Virus record (IMG/VR): IMGVR_UViG_3300045988_055361 | Reading direction: 5' to 3' (one strand) | DNA from: a virus | Length of the DNA stretch: 35,948 nt | In this document: piece by piece, positions 31,143 to 35,948 of the stretch | How positions within the stretch are numbered: the stretch's first letter is position 1 | Layout: every line of letters begins with the position of its first letter | Translations under genes and position numbers: made by a program | The notes under the pieces: generated by a model | Told to the model about the DNA's origin: nothing | Databases searched by the model: none | What the model saw: only the letters and a program-made list of their open reading frames with translations

Positions 31143-32861
31143 ATGGCTACATCAGGAACATTCAAAACATCAGCATACGAAGGTGCGTGCTTGCAGTTCG
31201 ACTGGATGTTAAAAAATCAGAGTGTCGCTAACAATCAATCCGTCATTTTATGGACGTTGAAGGGTGCAGGGATTAAGTCGGGTTATTGGTACATGGCAGG
31301 TCCTTTCAAGTGCGTTATAAATGGGACTACAGTTTATCAGTCAAACACAAGGATTAAATTATACACTGGAACGGTTGTGGCATCTGGAGAGCTTGCAATC
31401 GGTCATGATACCAACGGTTCAAAGAGTTTTTCAGCATATGCAGAATGTGCAATTTATACAACGGCGGTGAACTGTAAAGGTTCTGGAAGTTGGAGCCTTC
31501 CAGACATTGGCAGAGCATCAAAGCCAAGCTTAAACACATGGCCGAACAATTCTCCAAACTTTAATATTGGCGATACTATTGCTGTACACATGAACCGAAA
31601 ATCATCAGTATTTACGCATACAGTGGTGCTGAAGTTGGGTTCATACAGTTATACAATCGGAACAGGTGTTACGGATAATATTTCACTTGATACAGACAGG
31701 ATTGCATCGAATCTTTATGCACAAATGCCAAACAGCAATGAAATGACAGGCGAAATTGAGGTCACAACGTACAGTGGCAGTGCGGTTATAGGTACGTCAA
31801 GCTGTACAATCATTGCGCACGTTGTAAATTCTAATCCAACATTTAATGTTGAATATGAGGATTCAAATTCTAAAACGGTTGCAATCACAGAAAACAATCA
31901 GTACATTATCAGGAATAACTCGACATTAAAAATCAGCGTAAGCAATGCGCAGGCATTAAACAGTGCCACATTGAAATCAATTACTGCCGTAGTAAATGGA
32001 AATGCTTATACAGGCACTTTAAGTGGCTCTACAGGCACAATCAATGTCGGTGTGGTAAATGTATCACACGACACTGAAGTGACCGTTAAAATCGTTGATT
32101 CAAGGGGAAATGCGGGGCAGAAAGAGATCACGGTGCTTGTGTATGATTGGGCATTACCAAGTGCAATTATCAAGCTGAACCGAAAGAGCAACTATTATTC
32201 AGAAACCATCTTAAATGTAAATGCAAACTATGCGTCAATCGGTGGGAAAAATGAGGTAACGATTAAGTACCGCACAAAGAAGGTTGCAAACAGCACATTC
32301 AGCACTTACACGACAATTCAGAATAATGTTGATGCAAACTTTACAGCTGATAATTCGTATGAGTGGAATGTTCAGGTTGAGGTTTCCGACAGAATAGGAA
32401 AAACAACATACAATCTGATTCTTCCAAAGGGAATCCCGATTACGTACACGGACATCAAGAAATACAGCTTCGGCGTGAATTGTTTCCCAAAGCACAATAA
32501 CAGTCTTGAAGTGAATGGCGTTTGCATTAGCGGTCAGGTTCTTTACAGCAGTACAAATGGAACAGCAGGAACTGTCACATTATCAGACAGTGCGGAAAAT
32601 TATACTTATCTTGAAATCTTTTATAGATCATCAGGTGATAATGCTTGCGGAAGTGTTAAGGTATTCAGTCCAAATGGAAAACTTGTGCATTTAGGTACGA
32701 TTCACTATATTGCAGATTATGACTATGAAAAGTTTGCTCTTGTGAATGTGGCGGGGTCAATGATCACATTCAGTCAGAATTACCAGATTATTCTTAAAAG
32801 CAACGGATCAACATATTCAGCAGAAAATGCGATTTTTATAACCAGAGTGGTTGGATATTAA
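31143..32861 (+). CDS. Baseplate/tail structural protein (DUF859-like N-terminal domain; candidate receptor-binding component)
   Basis: The last late gene. The N-terminus (TSGTFKTSAYEGACLQFDWMLKNQSVANNQSVILWTLKGAG...INGTTVY...ASGELAIGHDTNGSKSF) resembles the siphovirus DUF859 pattern. From memory, not verified. Confidence 0.5.
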   Translation: MATSGTFKTSAYEGACLQFDWMLKNQSVANNQSVILWTLKGAGIKSGYWYMAGPFKCVINGTTVYQSNTRIKLYTGTVVASGELAIGHDTNGSKSFSAYAECAIYTTAVNCKGSGSWSLPDIGRASKPSLNTWPNNSPNFNIGDTIAVHMNRKSSVFTHTVVLKLGSYSYTIGTGVTDNISLDTDRIASNLYAQMPNSNEMTGEIEVTTYSGSAVIGTSSCTIIAHVVNSNPTFNVEYEDSNSKTVAITENNQYIIRNNSTLKISVSNAQALNSATLKSITAVVNGNAYTGTLSGSTGTINVGVVNVSHDTEVTVKIVDSRGNAGQKEITVLVYDWALPSAIIKLNRKSNYYSETILNVNANYASIGGKNEVTIKYRTKKVANSTFSTYTTIQNNVDANFTADNSYEWNVQVEVSDRIGKTTYNLILPKGIPITYTDIKKYSFGVNCFPKHNNSLEVNGVCISGQVLYSSTNGTAGTVTLSDSAENYTYLEIFYRSSGDNACGSVKVFSPNGKLVHLGTIHYIADYDYEKFALVNVAGSMITFSQNYQIILKSNGSTYSAENAIFITRVVGY

Positions 32862-32917
32862 ATGAAATCATGATATACTATGAGTGCAGTGTTTTCATGT
32901 TCACTGCATTCCTTTCT

Positions 32918-32953
32918 CAGCTTGTCGGAGGTATTCGGCGGGCTGTTTTTTTT
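32918..32953 (+). terminator. Rho-independent terminator of the late operon
   Basis: CAGCTTGTCGG-AGGTAT-TCGGCGGGCTG (11-bp stem including G-U pairs) followed by T8. Confidence 0.6.
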
Positions 32954-32966
32954 ATTTGCAAAATTC

Positions 32967-33000
32967 TATACTAACTTGTCATAGCCTACAGGTTAGTATA
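32967..33000. other. Candidate attP core: imperfect inverted repeat TATACTAACTTGT-N8-ACAGGTTAGTATA
   Basis: Perfect 9-bp arms (TATACTAAC/GTTAGTATA), extendable to 13 bp with 1 mismatch, around an 8-bp centre. It lies in ORF-free DNA between the late terminator and the int terminator. Confidence 0.4.
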
Positions 33001-33011
33001 TGTTAGTAAAG

Positions 33012-33038
33012 AAAAAATCACCGTTGCATTCGGTGATT
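33012..33038 (-). terminator. Rho-independent terminator downstream of int (minus strand)
   Basis: On the minus strand: AATCACCG-AATGCAA-CGGTGATT followed by TTTTTT. Confidence 0.6.
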
Positions 33039-33120
33039 GATTGATGTATATTATAGATGTAATTTCGTTGAAATTGGTCATAAATTCTCCTAGTAAAGGG
33101 CAGGCAGAAATGTCTGCTTT

Positions 33121-34455
33121 TTACTTGAAGAAAACTTCTATTTTGTCAGGTGAAACATGGACAGAATCAAGGACATTGCGCCATAGCGTGCGCTTGTTCT
33201 CACGTGTGAGGTTCTCATATATTGAACGCCAACCGCTGTTCAAAAATTGGTTAAGATGATCAGTACTTTGAGGTTTGAAAGATTCAAGCCTTTTTATTTT
33301 GTCTTCCGTTTCAGCGTACAGACGTTCATAGGTACTTACAGGCATACGTTTTTTAATAAAAATGTAGTTCAAGTTATCAAGCTCTTTTCTTAGCTCTTTT
33401 AATTCCTTTTCAGTTGTGTTTTTTGTTTCAGAAGTAACGCTTGATATTGTGGCTATATGATCTTTAAGCAGGTTATCCAGATTAGACAAAAGATATTTTT
33501 CCGTTGCAAGTTCCGCATAGTGTTTTTTGTGGCTGCACGTATGCACCGAGTGGGCATTGTTGCATCTATAGTAATAATATCGCTTGCCACCTTTTGGATG
33601 GCTCACTCCAACCAGTTTAGAACGGCATTCTGGGCATCTTAAAAGTCCAGTGAATAAATATGTATGTCGTTGTATTCCCGTGCGTATATTGGCTTGTAAT
33701 GCTGTCTGAACGGCATTGTATGTGTCTTTCGTGATGTATGGTTCAGCGTAGTTGGAGTTTCCACGGTATGATCCTGCATAAAATTCATTCTTTAAAATGT
33801 GCATGTATGACATGTAAGGTCGAGACAGTCCGTATTTCTGGTTGACGTATTCGACAGTGTAATGGACTGATTGATGCAGGAGAAATGATTCGAAAATGTC
33901 TTTCACGATTGGTGCCTTTGAATTGTCAATCACAATGCGTTTATTGCCGTTTTCCGTGACAATCCTGTAGCCGAAAGGAACATTACCAGTGATAGGTTGA
34001 CCTTGGGCAATCTTGTATTCAAATACGGCTTTGATGCGTTCAGAGCCTTTTTTTAATTCATGTTCTGCAAGATTGACTTTCAGGTTGAACATAAACAATC
34101 CGTTCGCAGTGGACGTGTTTATATCATCCTCACAAATGGAAATCATGGCGACATTGTTCTGTTGAAGAAGTTCAAGCATTTTATTAGCTTCAAGGACGTT
34201 ACGTGACAGGCGGTCAAGGCGTGTGAAAGCTATGGCATCCAGATTACGAAGATTTGACAGCATGGATTGCAGTTGTGGGCGCTTCATGGTGCTTGCTGAG
34301 TAGCCTTCGTCTACATAAATATGTTGAAGGATATGATCATTGTCGTTGCACCATTGCGTTATTTCTTCGGTCTGTGCCTGTATTGAGTAGCCATATTTCT
34401 TTTGTTCGTCAGTGGAAACACGAGCATATCCTGCCACTCGCAGTTTTTTTCTCAT
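33121..34455 (-). CDS. int: Large serine recombinase (integrase)
   Basis: N-terminal resolvase domain (RVAGYARVSTDEQKKYGYSIQAQ...DEGYSAS...RLDRLSRN), recombinase domain, zinc ribbon (CPECRSKL...YYYRCNN) and a C-terminal coiled coil. ATG at 34455 follows GGAGGG. The track ORF extends back to 34524. Confidence 0.9.
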   Translation of the reverse strand: MRKKLRVAGYARVSTDEQKKYGYSIQAQTEEITQWCNDNDHILQHIYVDEGYSASTMKRPQLQSMLSNLRNLDAIAFTRLDRLSRNVLEANKMLELLQQNNVAMISICEDDINTSTANGLFMFNLKVNLAEHELKKGSERIKAVFEYKIAQGQPITGNVPFGYRIVTENGNKRIVIDNSKAPIVKDIFESFLLHQSVHYTVEYVNQKYGLSRPYMSYMHILKNEFYAGSYRGNSNYAEPYITKDTYNAVQTALQANIRTGIQRHTYLFTGLLRCPECRSKLVGVSHPKGGKRYYYYRCNNAHSVHTCSHKKHYAELATEKYLLSNLDNLLKDHIATISSVTSETKNTTEKELKELRKELDNLNYIFIKKRMPVSTYERLYAETEDKIKRLESFKPQSTDHLNQFLNSGWRSIYENLTRENKRTLWRNVLDSVHVSPDKIEVFFK

Positions 34456-34630
34456 AAAAAATCCCTCCGATTGATTGAAAATAAAAAAAGCAGTCCATAC
34501 TAGCCATTGAAAGGCGGTGAGCATATGGACGCTGAAAGTTTCTATTCTTTGCTGTTTAATCTTTATGCTGAACAGGAAGATCTCAAAATTGAGTATGAGT
34601 TAGACAACTCTTTTTTTTCGACAGATGGTT

Positions 34631-34972
34631 TCAATCAGAAACATTCTTGCTGTCTAGGTACAACTTCATTATCTTCAGATACAGTTCATCCTTCTCAGGT
34701 TCAGGAAGATCGTGAAACAGAGACTCGATACGCAGTGTGAGGTCTGTCGCTTCATCATAGCTTGACGTATCAATTCCAAAGTAAGATATATCAATTCCGT
34801 AAACCTCGCAAAAACGTTTCAAAGTTGAAAGGGTTAAAGACCGCTTTCCAGACTCAATATTTGATATGGCAGGTCTTGAAAGCCCGACAAGTTCAGCAAG
34901 CTCAGACTGTTTAAGGTCACGTGAGGTACGTAGTTCTTTGAGTTTCCTTCCTATTGATTTATTGTTGATCAT
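34631..34972 (-). CDS. XRE-family CI-like repressor (113 aa, no peptidase domain)
   Basis: HTH segment IGRKLKELRTSRDLKQSELAELVGLSRPAISNIESGKRSLTLSTLKRFCEVYGI. It is divergent from the Cro-like gene. AGGTGG RBS. Confidence 0.8.
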   Translation of the reverse strand: MINNKSIGRKLKELRTSRDLKQSELAELVGLSRPAISNIESGKRSLTLSTLKRFCEVYGIDISYFGIDTSSYDEATDLTLRIESLFHDLPEPEKDELYLKIMKLYLDSKNVSD

Positions 34973-35057
34973 TATTATTTACACCACCTAAAAAAGTTTA
35001 TATTTCGATGATAACACAACGTAGCTATTTGAAACAATAAAAAATAATCATCATTTG

Positions 35058-35071
35058 ATGAAAAGTAGTTG
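35058..35071. promoter_or_regulatory. Candidate operator palindrome TCATCA-TT-TGATGA, 7 bp upstream of the cro-side -35
   Basis: Perfect 6-bp arms within the divergent CI/Cro intergenic region. Confidence 0.35.
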
Positions 35072-35078
35072 CAATTTG

Positions 35079-35106
35079 ATTACAAGGGTTTATAATGTAA
35101 TGCATG
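35079..35106 (+). promoter_or_regulatory. Early rightward promoter (TTGCAA-N16-TATAAT)
   Basis: TTGCAA at 35079-35084 and TATAAT at 35101-35106. It is followed by AAAGGGGG and the Cro-like ATG at 35121. Confidence 0.6.
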
Positions 35107-35120
35107 AAAGGGGGCACGAA

Positions 35121-35315
35121 ATGAAAAGAGCAGAATTGAAAGCATTCAGAATTTCAAAGGGTTATACTCAGAAGGATGTTGCAGAAATGCTTGGAATATC
35201 AACGAGCCATTATGCTTGTATTGAGCAAGGAACGCATAATCCTTCTACAGAGCTTGTCAAAGTGTTCTGCAAAGTGTTTGGATATGAATATGCAAATTTG
35301 ATAATTGGGAGCTGA
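35121..35315 (+). CDS. Cro-like XRE-family HTH regulator (64 aa)
   Basis: Reads LKAFRISKGYTQKDVAEMLGISTSHYACIEQGTHNPSTELVKVFCKVFG. ATG at 35121 follows AAAGGGGG. The track ORF starts at 35055. Confidence 0.75.
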   Translation: MKRAELKAFRISKGYTQKDVAEMLGISTSHYACIEQGTHNPSTELVKVFCKVFGYEYANLIIGS

Positions 35316-35319
35316 AAAA

Positions 35320-35442
35320 ATGTTAGATATCGTAGCAGAAATCGTAAAAAGAGGGCAAGCAGAAGAATTAAGAAAAATTATTGAACAGTATGAAATTGAT
35401 GTTTCAAAAAGAAAGGAAAACAAGAAAAATGAAAGGATTTGA
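35320..35442 (+). CDS. Hypothetical small protein (40 aa; below the ORF-track cut-off)
   Basis: ATG at 35320. Reads MLDIVAEIVKRGQAEELRKIIEQYEIDVSKRKENKKNERI and overlaps the erf start. Contains a TGTTTCAAAAAGAAA box. Confidence 0.3.
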   Translation: MLDIVAEIVKRGQAEELRKIIEQYEIDVSKRKENKKNERI

Positions 35443-35948
35443 AAACATTACACCAGAAATCGCAACAGATTTAATTGAGTTGGTAAATCAGTTAAGAGGA
35501 CTTGAAAAGTCAGCACAGGTCAACTATTCTGTGCAAAATCGAAAAACAGGGGAATGGATGCGCAAAGCATTTGATTATGTACCACTAGACAACATTTTAA
35601 ACAAGATAAAGGAAAATAAGAATTTTGCAATGCTCCAACCTATTGGCATTGACGAAAACGGAGTGTGTGGAGTTAAGTGTATTCTAGTACACAAGAGCGG
35701 TCACGTATTTGAAACAAGTACTTATCCGTTTGCAGTAAAGGAAGGTGCTAAAATACAGGACGAGGGCGCAGAGATCACATACCGCAAGCGTTATTCATTG
35801 GGCGCATTCCTTGGCATGGCAACAGAGGAAGATACTGATGGCAATGATAACGAAGCAACTAACAGCACGGAACGCAAGGCATCACCAAGACAAATCGTAT
35901 TATTGAGCAAGATCTATACAGGTGAGAATCTTGAAAAGCTGTTAAGGA
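35429..35948 (+). CDS. erf: ERF-family single-strand annealing protein, N-terminal part; continues at 1..177 through the circular junction
   Basis: FDYVPLDNILNKIKE...CILVHKSGHVFETSTYPF...QDEGAEITYRKRYSLGAFLGMATEEDTDGN matches the ERF core (GsAiTYarRYsL..lLGi..eDDDg). The reading frame is continuous with position 1. Confidence 0.8.
   Translation, partial: MKGFENITPEIATDLIELVNQLRGLEKSAQVNYSVQNRKTGEWMRKAFDYVPLDNILNKIKENKNFAMLQPIGIDENGVCGVKCILVHKSGHVFETSTYPFAVKEGAKIQDEGAEITYRKRYSLGAFLGMATEEDTDGNDNEATNSTERKASPRQIVLLSKIYTGENLEKLLR
35870..35948. repeat. Terminal direct repeat, right copy (identical to 1-79)
   Basis: 79/79 identity with the window start. Confidence 0.95.

Noticed and set aside
33041-33259. 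72-aa + strand ORF spanning the attP-int boundary.
   Set aside because: It overlaps the 3' end of int antisense and runs through two terminator hairpins. It has a TTG-type start with no RBS.
34596-34618. GAGTT-AGAC-AACTC hairpin followed by T8, considered as a terminator.
   Set aside because: The stem is only 5 bp. The T-run lies on the + strand, where no gene ends. On the minus strand, after cI, the run would precede the hairpin instead of following it.
34507-34740. 77-aa + strand ORF in the int-cI gap, considered as a possible ImmA-like or excisionase gene.
   Set aside because: It overlaps the repressor 3' end antisense. It has no HExxH or excisionase-like HTH motif and no RBS, and most of it is the antisense of a real gene.
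35706-35720. A further minus-strand TTGTTTCAAATA match inside erf, and partial matches at 26730 and 33424.
   Set aside because: Only the 8-11-nt core matches. An 8-mer like GTTTCAAA is expected a few times by chance in 72 kb of AT-rich sequence. These matches are inside coding regions and lack the downstream AG/GAA extension.

Overview
This window is a complete, circularly closed temperate siphovirus-type phage or prophage genome. Bases 1-79 are identical to 35870-35948, so the unique length is about 35,869 bp and the erf gene wraps across the window ends. Almost all genes are on the + strand. The layout is as follows.

- **Lysogeny switch (33.1-35.3 kb):** a large serine integrase (-), a short XRE/CI-like repressor (-) and a Cro-like HTH (+).
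- **Recombination module (35.4 kb, wrapping to 3.4 kb):** ERF annealase, PD-(D/E)XK nuclease, SSB, a NinB/Orf-like protein and a DUF1064 resolvase-like protein.
- **Replication (3.6-5.5 kb):** a DnaD-like organiser with internal iteron-like repeats, and a DnaC/IstB-like loader.
- **Small accessory genes (5.6-11.3 kb):** these include a MazG-like gene and a PAPS-reductase-like plus DNA-methyltransferase cassette bracketed by 44-bp direct repeats.
- **Lysis cassette (11.4-13.0 kb):** a Dp-1-type holin and a GH25 + 2xCW_7 + LysM endolysin.
- **Packaging:** an HNH endonuclease, a putative cos region, a ParB-like gene and the TerS/TerL terminase.
- **HK97-type head and tail (16.7-32.9 kb):** portal, ClpP-like protease, major capsid, connectors, major tail, G/GT chaperone with an A_AAA_AAC -1 frameshift, tape measure, Dit, fibres and Tal.

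The points most worth follow-up are these:

1. A TGTTTCAAA(A/T)AG box recurs at module boundaries, including a duplicated 66-bp promoter module.
2. Twin stem-loops with mutually complementary loops lie in the leader of the replication gene.
3. The DNA-modification cassette is flanked by repeats.
4. An AT-rich replacement module sits beside the remnant of a ParB-methylase gene.
5. A tail-fibre gene is split by a +1 frame change exactly at a compositional junction.
6. A fibre cassette is inserted between Dit and Tal.

All functional calls come from motif recognition by eye. No database search was run.
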